A stretch of DNA of 64,000 nt from an uncultured Bacilli bacterium (GCA_934097085.1 CAKONK010000001.1:4221-68220); one strand, 5' to 3'; positions 1-9,999 are shown, counted from the first letter of the stretch. Made by a program: numbers and translations. Notes: generated by a model from the letters alone, not told the origin.

Positions 1-392
1 ACGCTTTCTTTAAAACTATCTCTAATAAACATTGCATTTGCAAAAGAAACATTATTACTGTTAATATATTTTTTCGGAGTATATTTACCTAATACTGAAT
101 CAATTTGACTTTTACTATCACCTTTTGCAGCATCAGAAAGCATTGCAAGTGCATATTTTACTGAAATTGGACTATAAACCATATTACTTTCTTTATTTTC
201 TGCCTTTAAAAAATATAAATCTAGTAACTGCAAGTCATTATCAGTTAATTTATATTCTGAATCAAATGTTTTTCCATTTGTATTTATAGTATCTTTCTTA
301 TTTAATTTAGAGAGAACAATAATAGTAATACCAATAATTAAAACAACACTCAAAATTCCTATAATAATCTTTTTACCATTTTCACTTTTCAT
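1..392 (-). CDS. Serpin-family protease inhibitor, N-terminal ~130 aa only (gene runs off the left edge)
   Basis: Absent from the ORF track because it is open-ended. My translation from ATG at 392-390 reads MKSENGKKIIIGILSVVLIIGITIIVLSKL...NMVYSPISVKYALAMLSDAAKGDSKSQIDSVLG...SFANAMFIRDSFKES. It has a TM anchor followed by a serpin-like N-terminal signature (SP-S---AL-ML---A-G). There is no stop codon down to base 1. Confidence 0.6.
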   Translation of the reverse strand, partial: MKSENGKKIIIGILSVVLIIGITIIVLSKLNKKDTINTNGKTFDSEYKLTDNDLQLLDLYFLKAENKESNMVYSPISVKYALAMLSDAAKGDSKSQIDSVLGKYTPKKYINSNNVSFANAMFIRDSFKES

Positions 393-455
393 CACAAACC
401 TCTTTTCTATAATAAGGTTACCACACATATTCAAAATAATCAATTACATTTTTAC

Positions 456-484
456 TAAAAAAACTGCTACAACAAAGTAACAGT
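456..484 (-). terminator. Rho-independent terminator after the 375-aa surface protein gene
   Basis: Hairpin actgctac/gtaacagt at 463-484 (8 bp, one mismatch). It is followed by a T-run in the minus-strand sense (A-run 456-462 on the plus strand). Confidence 0.55.
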
Positions 485-492
485 TTTTCTTT

Positions 493-1620
493 TTAATTCA
501 TTATAATTTTACTATTTTTATTATTTTTCATTCTTATTAGTATTACTACTACAGCAATAACTAAAGCAATTATGATTACATTTAATAAACATATTAACCA
601 TATATTTGGTGTTTTATTTTTTATTATATTTATATAGTAACTTTCTGTTTCAGTTCCATCAGTAATTTTAATTTCAATTTTACTATCATTTTTAAGGTTT
701 TCATTACCAATTATTTCATATTTAATGTCTTCATTACCTTTATCAATTACTATATCTAATTTCTTTTCATTATTTATTTTTAACTCATAATTATAATTAT
801 TTTTATAATAATTTAATATGTAGTTTTTAATAGTTATATTTTTTAATGAAAGTCTTTCTTTATTTGGATCTACGATTTTCAATTTAATTTTGAATTCTTT
901 TGTTGTTCCATCTTCAGCGGTTACAATGACACTAATATCATTATCACCAATTTTTAAATTTTCATTACCTTTAATTTCGTAATTAGCATTCTTATCGTTT
1001 AATGATATTTCTATTTCTAATTTTTCAACAACCTTATCTAATTTTATATCATATTCAGTTATTGAATTACTAAAATTAAAATTTTCAACATCCTTTATTT
1101 CAAATTTTTGAATTGTAGTATCACTACTTTTAGGTTGTACTGGAGTTGTTGGTGTTGATGGTTGGGGATTTGAGGGTTTTGGACTTGGTGTAGGTGTAGG
1201 TGTCGGAGTTGGGGTTGGAGTTGGCGTAGGTGTTGGTGCTGGTTTATTTGTAACAGTTACAGATGCACTTCCAGAAACATTTACAGCATTTCCATCATTT
1301 GCACTTGTTACATCACCAGAAAGAGTAAGAGTTATTGTTCCTACTCCCGTTGATGTACAAGTTACTGGAAATGATTTACTTGTATCAAGTGCATCTAATG
1401 TTGCATCAGCAATATCAAGTTTACAACCACTTACAGGTCCTGAAGAAGCAACATGTAAGTTCCATGCTGCTGCTCCATTCATATTTACATATGCTGTAAA
1501 ACTTTCACCTGAATATATGCTACTTGAACTCACTGATAAACTAGCACTTGCAGCATTAACATTTAAAATTACTATTAAAAATGATAATATTCCAGTTAAA
1601 ATTAATTTTATTTTTTTCAT
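493..1620 (-). CDS. Membrane-anchored surface protein with signal peptide, ~110-aa Ig/cohesin-like module (tentative), Pro-Thr linker, two cadherin-like beta-sandwich repeats and a C-terminal TM helix
   Basis: Signal peptide MKKIKLILTGILSFLIVILNVNAASA. Linker PAPTPTPTPTPTPTPTPSPKPSNPQPSTPTTP. Two repeats of the type ITEYDIKL...YEIKGNENLKIGDNDISVIVTAEDGT and NYELKI...YEIIGNENLKNDSKIEIKITDGT. C-terminal helix IWLICLLNVIIIALVIAVVVILI. Confidence 0.85.
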   Translation of the reverse strand: MKKIKLILTGILSFLIVILNVNAASASLSVSSSSIYSGESFTAYVNMNGAAAWNLHVASSGPVSGCKLDIADATLDALDTSKSFPVTCTSTGVGTITLTLSGDVTSANDGNAVNVSGSASVTVTNKPAPTPTPTPTPTPTPTPTPSPKPSNPQPSTPTTPVQPKSSDTTIQKFEIKDVENFNFSNSITEYDIKLDKVVEKLEIEISLNDKNANYEIKGNENLKIGDNDISVIVTAEDGTTKEFKIKLKIVDPNKERLSLKNITIKNYILNYYKNNYNYELKINNEKKLDIVIDKGNEDIKYEIIGNENLKNDSKIEIKITDGTETESYYINIIKNKTPNIWLICLLNVIIIALVIAVVVILIRMKNNKNSKIIMN

Positions 1621-1633
1621 TTTTTTATCCTTT

Positions 1634-4600
1634 CTATCCTATAGTTTTTGTTCCTATCAAATGTTGTCTTATTCTTAATAAGTCTGCAGAATTTACTATG
1701 TTATCATAGTTTATGTCTGATGCTGTAAAATATATTCCATTAAGTGGTTTTACTCCAATTAGATGTTGCCTTATTTTAAGTAAATCTGCTGAATTTATTA
1801 ATGCATCGCCATTAATATCACCTGTAACTATATTTGTAAATTCCCTTACAACTGAACCATTATAATAAATTTTAGTTTTGCCTCCGGTATAGATTAAATT
1901 ATTTTTAACTTCAAAATTGGCACTACAATTATCTCCAAAAGTTATATTAGTTAAAATATCTGTTATTGATGTATTTGGTTTAATTTTTGAAATATAGTTT
2001 TCTTTTTCATTAACTTCATAATTATTAATTTTATATGTGAAATTTTGAGTATATATTGGGTATAATATTAAATCTTCATTTAAGACTATTTCATTATTTG
2101 CAAAATAATCTTTTCCATTACCATCCGCTAAAGTATTCCAACTTCTAAAAGTATAGCCAGCCAATTCAACATTATTATTAATTATTGCAATTTTACTGCC
2201 TAATTCATAATCATATTTTTCTTTATTAGTACAACTATCATCTAAACAATATGTAATTTTAACTTTAATTTTTTCCCATTGCGCATATAAAGTAATATCC
2301 TCGGTAATACTTATCAATTGTTCATCTTCATAAGACATACCAGTTCCATCTGATTTTGTATTCCAATTTTTAAATATATAATTTTCTCTTGTAAATGTAT
2401 TTTTAGATAAATTAGCGCTTACATTTTTAGTTAGTTCTAAATTAGGCATATTACCACTACCTTGATTTGAATTAAATGTAATTGTATATTTTTCTTCTTT
2501 CCATTGTGCATATAAGGTTATATTATTTTGTTCATCAAATGGAATATTATTAAAAATTATAGAATCACTTGATTTTGCAGAAAATTTTATTCCTGTTCCA
2601 TCTTGTTTAGTGTTCCAGTTATCAATATAATAATTTTCTTTTGTAAAATCCATATTTCCAAATGAAATAGTACCTTCACTAGGATAAGTCAAATTCAAAT
2701 CAACTGTTTTATTATTATTTGATGTCACACCATTTCCATCAAATGTTATTTTATATTGATTTTCACTCCAAATTGCATATAATTTCAAATCTTCATTTAT
2801 TCCACTCTCAATTAATTGCTCATCATAATATACTATTCCTGTACCATCTGATTTAGTATTCCATTCTTTAAATGTATGGCCTTTATATGTAAATAAGTTT
2901 TTAGTTAAATTAAACTTTCTATTAATAGCAACAATTTGTGAACTTTCTTCATTAGATGGATTGTTGCTATTAAATGTAATTGTTTTTGCTTCCAATATTG
3001 TTACTTGTATATCATCTTTATAACCATCATACAAACTAGATATATGAATTGTCGTTACACCAATTTTCTTTGGAGTAATGACACCCGATGAACTAATAGT
3101 TAAATACTCATCATCATATGTCCATTTAATGTTCTTTGCATTATCAGTATTTGGAGTAATTAAATCATATATACTCTTTGTTTCTGAAATTTTCATTTCA
3201 AAATCATCAATTGTTTTAGTAAAGTCAAACTTATCCAGTAATGTTGTTAACATAGGAAATCTCTTATAGCCATCAATTTCAGGTTTTGACCAATCTGATT
3301 TATGTTCAAAATAATTTGCGTAATTGTTTGCTATTAAATCATCCATTGTTACAGCAGTATTGTTATTAAATTTTTCAGTACCATTTGATGTAATTTCCCC
3401 ATATAATTTGATTTCATTTATATACCATACACCAGTTATATTTACAGAATTATTTTTATAAATGCGCCCAACAGTTACCCCAAGTCGACTTGTTGCTCGC
3501 GATTGATAACTACCCGCGCTTATAGCATTATTTATAGTAAAGTTATTTAATAAAGAACTATCACCAACAATGCCTCCAATGGAGCTATCTCCATTCGATC
3601 CATTACCACTTACTTTACTGAAACTTGCAGAGTCACTAATTGTTGCATTAAGTTTTTCACTTCCAACATAGCCAATTATTCCCCCAGCAAAAGTTGTATC
3701 CATACTACCGACATTTACATTAGAATATAAATTATGCATATTACAGTTTACATTTTCAGTAACTCCTCCAGGTACATTTATAATACCGATTAATCCCCCA
3801 TTAGAATACGATGAATTAACTTTACCACTAATAACCGACACATTGCTAATTTCTATTCCATCCACAACATGAACTATACCAGCCAATGCACCAGCATCAT
3901 AATTACCATTAATATTTACATCTTTTATTATCAGATTTTTTATATAATTATTTTTACCATATATTTTTTCAAATATTCCAACAGGAACATCACTTGTACC
4001 TTTTGGTCTATTAATGTATACACCACTTATCACATGATTATTTCCATTAAAACTTCCATAGAAATTGCTAATTGGTAACCATCCAGCACCTGAATTATAA
4101 AATAATCCCTTTGTATTAGTTGTATCATATGATAAATCTAAATCGTTATCTAATACATAATAACTTCCAGTTGTGTATAGGTTTCTTAGACTATTTAAAT
4201 CAAATGATGTTTTAATCTTATAAGGATTTTCTTCTGTTCCAATACCCAACATTTTATTATTATGTGTTGTTAGTTTCCATTCAATTTCATCGTATTTTTC
4301 ATTATTATAATAAACCTCAATTGTATATGTACCTAATTTCACATTTTCACTATTATATGATAAAAGTGCATTAATATAATTAGAAACTGAATAATTTCTA
4401 AAGACATGAAATAAATTTGTAACATCCTCATTATTTTGATTCAATATTTTAAATGTTAAATTATCATTTGATGATAAATTTCTGGAAACTCCTGAAACAA
4501 CAAATACATTATTATCATCAAAAGATACTGTATGTGGATCTGAAATACATTTGTTATCTTCTAAGGTACATTTAGTCAAGATTTTTTCACTTATTGAACT

Positions 4601-6274
4601 AATATTTGTTAAATCAATATATTTATTATCATCAGCATTACTTGTATGAATTGATCCATAATAACCATATTTAACATAGTCACCTTCAAATGTTAATTTA
4701 AATTTTTTGGTATTTTCATCTAAAACTATATTATTTTCTGAAATATCAATTGTATGAAGTCCTGGTTGATAATATGTTTGAGGTTTTAATAATTCATAAC
4801 TTGAATTATATTCATAATCTGAAACAATTATTTCATTATTTCGATAATAAACATATATAGTTTTATTATATGCATTAACATAAAATTTAACTTTTTTTAA
4901 TAATTCTTTTGTATTACCTTTTGTAAATGTAGTACTTTGTCCAGTTGCTCTATAAGAGTTATTATAATCTACTTCACTTACATCAGTTATACTACTATAA
5001 GAACTTTTCATAGTATTATAAGGTAAATATATAAAAGTATCATTATTTCCCCATGAATTTTGTATTATCCATGCCCCTTTTATTGTATATAAATCACCTT
5101 TAGTACAAGAATAGTCATTTCCTACCTTTGTAGCATCAGTTATTTCAAAATCCGTTTTATTTAAGCAAATATTATGCGTGTAATTGTCATCCCAACCAAT
5201 AACTGAAACTGCATGGTTCATTCCTGAACTAGGATTCCATTTATAAGGTATATAATATATAATGTTTTTTCCATTGGAGTTTAATGCTTTTTCTGATCCA
5301 GTTGGTATATATTCTACCGATAAATTTATATAAGCTCCAACAGAAACATATAAAGAACCATTATTAACAATTTGTTTCTTTATAAGACTTACTAAAGCAT
5401 CAACATCGGACTGATTATTGGTTGATAACGGATTAAAAAATAGAAATTCATTTAAACTATATTCAGTATTGTCTATATTTGTGATTTCAAATGGTGAAAG
5501 TTTAGAATTATAGTTATAATCATACTTCCAATATTTATTACTATTTATAATTTTATCACTATTGTAATTTGACCCATCACTGCAATTTCCATCACATAAA
5601 ATTGGGGAAATACCAATTGCTGTTGAATTAGCAAATCTTAGTATATTTCCACCTTCATTTAAATTGTCACCAATAACTTGACTATTATTATATAAAAAAG
5701 GGTTTTTTCCTATATCTATTGAATTTGAAGGTGAAGTAGTTGCATAATCTATTTGTTTTTCAGAAAAAGTTAACATTTTAGTTTTGTTACTTTTTATAGC
5801 TAAATGGCTTTCCAAAGAAGTCGCTGAAGAAAATGCCCAACATAACCCTTCAGAACCCTGATTATAAATATTTGTAATGTAGCCGTCATCCCTTAAATTA
5901 TAATATGATAATAATGTTTTTTCATTTGAAACACCTTGTTTAGCTAATAAATCATCCTTATATGAATGATCTATTATATATATTTCTGGAATATGGCCAT
6001 ATTCACTACTTTGACCACTTTTTAAGTATTCGACATAATCTGGATTTAAGTATGGTTCTTCATCTTCCTTATTCTTTTCAGTTAAAATAATTTCACCAGT
6101 TTCATTATAAATATCCTCAATATATTTTTTTGCCTCGGATGGTAAATAATTATAACTTTCTGATTTTAATACTCTTTCTATTTTATTAGAACTAAAATGT
6201 TTAAATAATATAAAAGTACCTATAAACAAAACCACACTAAAAACTAAAACGATTTTTTTAACACAACTTCTCAC
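1634..6274 (-). CDS. Giant (1546 aa) surface papain-like C1 cysteine protease with a GLUG-type region, four Listeria-Bacteroides repeats and a C-terminal type I dockerin
   Basis: N-terminal TM anchor. C1 catalytic motifs QGSEGLCWAFSS, NHAVSVIGWDD and IIQNSWG. GLUG-like GALAGIV/GGLIGI/AGGIIGY/IGGIVGD. Four repeats ending ...F-NWNTK-DGTG......LYAQW. Dockerin duplicated Ca-binding segments GDINGDALINSADLLKIRQHLIG and SDINYDNIVNSADLLRIRQHLIG. Confidence 0.9.
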   Translation of the reverse strand: MRSCVKKIVLVFSVVLFIGTFILFKHFSSNKIERVLKSESYNYLPSEAKKYIEDIYNETGEIILTEKNKEDEEPYLNPDYVEYLKSGQSSEYGHIPEIYIIDHSYKDDLLAKQGVSNEKTLLSYYNLRDDGYITNIYNQGSEGLCWAFSSATSLESHLAIKSNKTKMLTFSEKQIDYATTSPSNSIDIGKNPFLYNNSQVIGDNLNEGGNILRFANSTAIGISPILCDGNCSDGSNYNSDKIINSNKYWKYDYNYNSKLSPFEITNIDNTEYSLNEFLFFNPLSTNNQSDVDALVSLIKKQIVNNGSLYVSVGAYINLSVEYIPTGSEKALNSNGKNIIYYIPYKWNPSSGMNHAVSVIGWDDNYTHNICLNKTDFEITDATKVGNDYSCTKGDLYTIKGAWIIQNSWGNNDTFIYLPYNTMKSSYSSITDVSEVDYNNSYRATGQSTTFTKGNTKELLKKVKFYVNAYNKTIYVYYRNNEIIVSDYEYNSSYELLKPQTYYQPGLHTIDISENNIVLDENTKKFKLTFEGDYVKYGYYGSIHTSNADDNKYIDLTNISSISEKILTKCTLEDNKCISDPHTVSFDDNNVFVVSGVSRNLSSNDNLTFKILNQNNEDVTNLFHVFRNYSVSNYINALLSYNSENVKLGTYTIEVYYNNEKYDEIEWKLTTHNNKMLGIGTEENPYKIKTSFDLNSLRNLYTTGSYYVLDNDLDLSYDTTNTKGLFYNSGAGWLPISNFYGSFNGNNHVISGVYINRPKGTSDVPVGIFEKIYGKNNYIKNLIIKDVNINGNYDAGALAGIVHVVDGIEISNVSVISGKVNSSYSNGGLIGIINVPGGVTENVNCNMHNLYSNVNVGSMDTTFAGGIIGYVGSEKLNATISDSASFSKVSGNGSNGDSSIGGIVGDSSLLNNFTINNAISAGSYQSRATSRLGVTVGRIYKNNSVNITGVWYINEIKLYGEITSNGTEKFNNNTAVTMDDLIANNYANYFEHKSDWSKPEIDGYKRFPMLTTLLDKFDFTKTIDDFEMKISETKSIYDLITPNTDNAKNIKWTYDDEYLTISSSGVITPKKIGVTTIHISSLYDGYKDDIQVTILEAKTITFNSNNPSNEESSQIVAINRKFNLTKNLFTYKGHTFKEWNTKSDGTGIVYYDEQLIESGINEDLKLYAIWSENQYKITFDGNGVTSNNNKTVDLNLTYPSEGTISFGNMDFTKENYYIDNWNTKQDGTGIKFSAKSSDSIIFNNIPFDEQNNITLYAQWKEEKYTITFNSNQGSGNMPNLELTKNVSANLSKNTFTRENYIFKNWNTKSDGTGMSYEDEQLISITEDITLYAQWEKIKVKITYCLDDSCTNKEKYDYELGSKIAIINNNVELAGYTFRSWNTLADGNGKDYFANNEIVLNEDLILYPIYTQNFTYKINNYEVNEKENYISKIKPNTSITDILTNITFGDNCSANFEVKNNLIYTGGKTKIYYNGSVVREFTNIVTGDINGDALINSADLLKIRQHLIGVKPLNGIYFTASDINYDNIVNSADLLRIRQHLIGTKTIG

Positions 6275-6508
6275 AAACTACCTACTTCCTATTTTAAATA
6301 TTATCATATTTATAAGTTTAAGTCTATAACATTATTCAAAAAAATAGACTAAATAAAAATTTGTCTATCTATTTCCATAATTATTTAACCCCTTTTTAAA
6401 CTCGAAAGAATCCGCTAGTTTAAAACTTATTACAAATAAAGTATATCATAACGCTTACAGAAAACAAATATTTTTTAATTTTTTTACATATTAAATAATT
6501 CAATTTTA

Positions 6509-6537
6509 TTGTAAAAGAAAACTGGTTTTGATATAAT
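6509..6537 (+). promoter_or_regulatory. Sigma-A-type promoter for the HerA-like operon
   Basis: -35 TTGTAA at 6509-6514, a 17-nt spacer, then an extended -10 TGaTATAAT (TATAAT at 6532-6537), about 25 nt upstream of the ATG at 6563. Confidence 0.5.
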
Positions 6538-6562
6538 ATTTTTAGAGTAAAGAGGTATTGAT

Positions 6563-8305
6563 ATGATAGGAACTATTGAACAAATTATTAATAATCAAAT
6601 TGAGGTTAAACTTGCACTTGATGTAAAGAAAACTGCTAACTTAATAAACCTTTATGTTTTAATAAAGGATACTAATAAATCTTTTATTGGAGAAATAACT
6701 GAGCTTAGTCTAACAAAATGTAAGGTTAATATTTTAGGAAAATTAGAAAATAATGACTTTGTCTATGGATTTGATGAAAAGCCCTCTTTTGCAAGTGTCA
6801 TATATTTACTTAATTATGACTTTGTAAAAAATATTGTAGGTTTTAAAAATAACAACTTAATTATGGGTAAAAGTCCATTTTATGAAAATGCCTATATTAA
6901 TGCTGATATCAATAGTTTATTTGGTTCACACTTTGCTATATTTGGATCCTCTGGAAGTGGTAAAAGTTGTGGTTTTACAAGAATTATGCAAAATTTAATG
7001 AAAAGTGAAAATATGAATGATAAACCAAATATTATAATATTTGATGCTTATGGTGAATATGCAAGAGCTTTCAATTACTTAAATAATGAACCTACTTTTG
7101 CCTATAAAACATATAATACTGATTTAAATAGCAATGATGAAATACTTCTTTTACCTCCATGGCTTTTAGGAGTCGATGAATATGCACTACTTCTCGAAGC
7201 AAATGATAAATCGCAATTAAGTTTAATTGAAAAAACTCTTAGATATGTTAATCTATTTATAAAGGATGATGAAACTGTTAAGGCTTATAAAAATACAATT
7301 TTAGCAAAAGCCCTTCTTGATATACTAATAAGTGGTAAACCAGGACCTCAAATAAGAGATCAAGTTATTGGTGTTCTTACTAAAACTCATACTGATGAAA
7401 TAAATCTTGAAAGTGAAATTAGTGAACCTGGATATTATCGTACATTTAGACAATGTATGAGAGTTGATGACCATAATAAAATTAATGCTATTGAACAAGT
7501 AACTGACTTTTTACAAAAATTTATTGGTGAGGAAGTAACTTTTTCTCTTCCTGATGGAACTTTTCCATTTACTTTACAAGATGTATCAAATGCCTTAGAA
7601 TTTGCTCTTATTGATGAAGGTGTATGGAAAAATGATAGTGTATTTAATATGATGAATATTTTAAAAGTTAGACTTGATAGCATATTAAATAGTGATAATA
7701 AAAAATATTTTGAATATCCAGAGTATATAAGTTTGGAAAGTTATATTGATAGAATATTACATACTCAAAATGGTAAAAAAGCCCAAATAATTAACTTTAA
7801 CATTAATTATGTTACTGAAAGACTTGGTAAATCACTTGTAAAAATATATTCTAAATTAATATTTAATTATGTTACATCTTTAAAAGCAAGAGGTTCACAG
7901 CCATTTAATATCATTATTGAAGAGGCCCATAGATATGTTCAAAATGATATTGATAGCGAGGTACTTGGTTATAATATATTTGAAAGAATTGCTAAAGAAG
8001 GAAGAAAATATGGTATACTTTTAGGGCTTATTTCTCAAAGGCCATCAGAAATAAGTGAAACTACATTAAGTCAATGTAATAACTTTATAATATTTAAAAT
8101 GACTCACCCTACTGATATTGCTTATATTAAAAAGGTTGTTCCCTTTATGAGTGAGGAAAATACTGAAAAAATGAAATCAATTTTACCAGGTAATGCTTTA
8201 TGTTTTGGTACAGCATTTAAAATGCCTTTACTTGTAAAATTTGAATATCCTGATCCTGCTCCACAAAGTGATAATGTAAATTTAGGTAGTGTTTGGTTTA
8301 AATAA
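6563..8305 (+). CDS. HerA-like (DUF87) FtsK/HerA-superfamily ATPase
   Basis: N-terminal HAS-barrel-like segment. Walker A FGSSGSGKSCGF. Walker B NIIIEEAHRY. C-terminal EGRKYGILLGLISQRPSEISETTLSQCNNFIIFKM, typical of HerA. Confidence 0.75.
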   Translation: MIGTIEQIINNQIEVKLALDVKKTANLINLYVLIKDTNKSFIGEITELSLTKCKVNILGKLENNDFVYGFDEKPSFASVIYLLNYDFVKNIVGFKNNNLIMGKSPFYENAYINADINSLFGSHFAIFGSSGSGKSCGFTRIMQNLMKSENMNDKPNIIIFDAYGEYARAFNYLNNEPTFAYKTYNTDLNSNDEILLLPPWLLGVDEYALLLEANDKSQLSLIEKTLRYVNLFIKDDETVKAYKNTILAKALLDILISGKPGPQIRDQVIGVLTKTHTDEINLESEISEPGYYRTFRQCMRVDDHNKINAIEQVTDFLQKFIGEEVTFSLPDGTFPFTLQDVSNALEFALIDEGVWKNDSVFNMMNILKVRLDSILNSDNKKYFEYPEYISLESYIDRILHTQNGKKAQIINFNINYVTERLGKSLVKIYSKLIFNYVTSLKARGSQPFNIIIEEAHRYVQNDIDSEVLGYNIFERIAKEGRKYGILLGLISQRPSEISETTLSQCNNFIIFKMTHPTDIAYIKKVVPFMSEENTEKMKSILPGNALCFGTAFKMPLLVKFEYPDPAPQSDNVNLGSVWFK

Positions 8306-8334
8306 TTGATATAATAATTTTAACGGAGGTAATT

Positions 8335-8721
8335 ATGAATTGTTTATTTTGCAATATTGCACAAAATGAAAAAGAAAGAATGACTGTTTATGAAGATGAA
8401 AGTTTAGTACTTATTATGGATAAATTTCCTATTTGTGATGGACATGCTTTAGTTATTCCTAAAAAACATTTCGAAGATATTTATGAAGTTGATGAAAAAA
8501 CTTTATCTCATATGTTTGAGGTTGCTAAAAATTATGCTAAAGTTTTAATGGACGTTACAAATGAAAAAGGATGCACTTTTTCTATAAACTATGGTGATAA
8601 ACAAGAAATTAAACATTTACATTTACACATTATGCCAAATTATAAGGTTAAACCTTCTAAAAAGGTTGATGAAGTATATAATTTAGTAGTGAGTTATTAT
8701 GAAAAAGAAAAGAAGAATTAA
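8335..8721 (+). CDS. HIT-family (histidine triad) nucleotide hydrolase/transferase
   Basis: Histidine triad HLHLHIMP and the N-terminal C-FC motif (CLFCNI). Confidence 0.85.
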   Translation: MNCLFCNIAQNEKERMTVYEDESLVLIMDKFPICDGHALVIPKKHFEDIYEVDEKTLSHMFEVAKNYAKVLMDVTNEKGCTFSINYGDKQEIKHLHLHIMPNYKVKPSKKVDEVYNLVVSYYEKEKKN

Positions 8722-9937
8722 AAAAAGTATTAAAATTTGTTTTACATTTATATTTTTAATTGCTTTAGTGGTTGTTTCCTACTTAATAATCAATAATAAT
8801 GGTGGTAAAGATTTTAATTTTAATAAATTAGTTAATGAAAATAAGATTACTTACCCTATAGTTAATAAAATCTCTTTAGTGGCCACTGGTGATGCTCTTT
8901 TACATAATCCTGTTTATATTAGTGCTTATGATAATTCTACAGAAAGTTTTAATTTTGCACCACAACTTGAACTTGTTAAGGAAGAAATTAAAAATTATGA
9001 TATAAAATATTATAATCAAGAAACGGTTTTTGGTGGTAAACTAACTGATAGATTTAACTGTAAATATAATATGCCAGGTTATTGCTCTTACCCCTATTTT
9101 AACACTCCATCAGAATTTGGTGATGCAATGGTTGATGCTGGATTTAATATGGTATCTCTTGCCTCAAATCATAGCGCTGATTGTACTTATGCATCAGATA
9201 CTTGTATTACTAATTCATATAATTATTGGAAAAGTAAAGCCGTTGTATTTGATGGTTTTAATGAAGATGAAACTAAAGAAAACAAATATAATATTGGTGA
9301 AAAAAATGGAATTAAGTATGGTTTTTTAAATTATACAAATACTTTAAATGGTCTTGATAATTCAGTTAGTAATATTAAATATAAAATAGATTTATATGAT
9401 GAAGAAACCGCTAAAAAGGAAATTGAAGATTTAAAAACTAAAGTTGATGTTGTTATAGTGGCAATGCATTGGCATAAAGCAAGTGCTGAGTATGAAACAG
9501 TTCCTACACAAGCTAATAAAGAAATAGCAAATTATCTTGCCTCTTTAGGTGTTGATATCATTTTAGGAACTTATTCACATTGTTTGCAACCATTTGATAT
9601 AATTGGAAATACTGTAGTATTTTATTCACTTGGTAACTTCATTTCTAATCAAGGTGATTTAGTTTCCTCAATTGGATATAAAGGTGTTGTTGGAGTTCTT
9701 GCTTCAATGGATATAACAAAAACAACATATGAGGATGGAAGTACAGAAGTTAAAGTAGATAACTTAGGTGCTGATTTAACTTATACTTATAATAAAAATC
9801 ACCGTGATTATAAAGTAATACCATTTAGTAAAATGAGTGAAGAATATAACAAAGACTATAAAAATATTTATGAAGATTATAAAAATATTCTTACTTCACT
9901 TAATCAAAATATAAATATTAAACCTATAATGAACTAG
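8699..9937 (+). CDS. CapA/PgsA-family membrane-anchored metallophosphatase-like protein
   Basis: N-terminal TM anchor. Motifs VATGDALLH, NQETVF, ASNHSAD, VAMHWH, ILGTYSHCLQP and YSLGNFISNQ. The ORF overlaps the HIT gene by 23 nt. Confidence 0.75.
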   Translation: MKKKRRIKKSIKICFTFIFLIALVVVSYLIINNNGGKDFNFNKLVNENKITYPIVNKISLVATGDALLHNPVYISAYDNSTESFNFAPQLELVKEEIKNYDIKYYNQETVFGGKLTDRFNCKYNMPGYCSYPYFNTPSEFGDAMVDAGFNMVSLASNHSADCTYASDTCITNSYNYWKSKAVVFDGFNEDETKENKYNIGEKNGIKYGFLNYTNTLNGLDNSVSNIKYKIDLYDEETAKKEIEDLKTKVDVVIVAMHWHKASAEYETVPTQANKEIANYLASLGVDIILGTYSHCLQPFDIIGNTVVFYSLGNFISNQGDLVSSIGYKGVVGVLASMDITKTTYEDGSTEVKVDNLGADLTYTYNKNHRDYKVIPFSKMSEEYNKDYKNIYEDYKNILTSLNQNINIKPIMN

Positions 9938-9955
9938 AAATTAGTTCATTTTTTT
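9930..9955 (+). terminator. Rho-independent terminator of the HerA-HIT-CapA unit
   Basis: Hairpin tgaacta-gaaat-tagttca (9930-9948) followed by T7 (9949-9955). It overlaps the stop codon. Confidence 0.7.
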
Positions 9956-9971
9956 AAATCATTCTTAAACA

Positions 9972-9998
9972 TAAAAAAAAGAAAAGCATTTGCTTTTC
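9972..9998 (-). terminator. Rho-independent terminator after the tiny TM peptide genes
   Basis: Hairpin gaaaagc-attt-gcttttc (9981-9998) followed in the minus sense by T8 (A-run 9973-9980). Confidence 0.65.
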
Positions 9999-9999
9999 C

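Noticed and set aside
1141-1240. Imperfect tandem ggtgt(a/c/t)gg-type DNA repeats
   Set aside because: They are the coding sequence of the Pro-Thr linker of the 375-aa surface protein. They are not a CRISPR array, satellite or regulatory repeat.
3078-4078. Plus-strand ORFs 3078..3269 and 3869..4078. The same applies to similar 60-105-aa antisense ORFs at 7435, 9117, 10842, 11377, 12235, 12660, 17126, 18663, 20814, 22680, 23756, 28778, 35238, 38574, 39068, 39734, 40927, 42258, 42471, 46160, 47631, 47928, 52471, 53033, 53892, 54422, 60899, 61300, 61791 and 63253.
   Set aside because: All lie inside, and antisense to or out of frame with, long well-supported genes. They have low-complexity AT-codon-driven composition and lack RBSs. 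They are typical shadow ORFs of an AT-rich genome.
6563-8305. HerA-like ATPase considered as the core of a known anti-phage system (Sir2-HerA or DUF4297-HerA type)
   Set aside because: No Sir2, DUF4297, NurA or other nuclease/NADase effector gene is adjacent. It is kept only as a lower-interest observation about the HIT/CapA neighbours.
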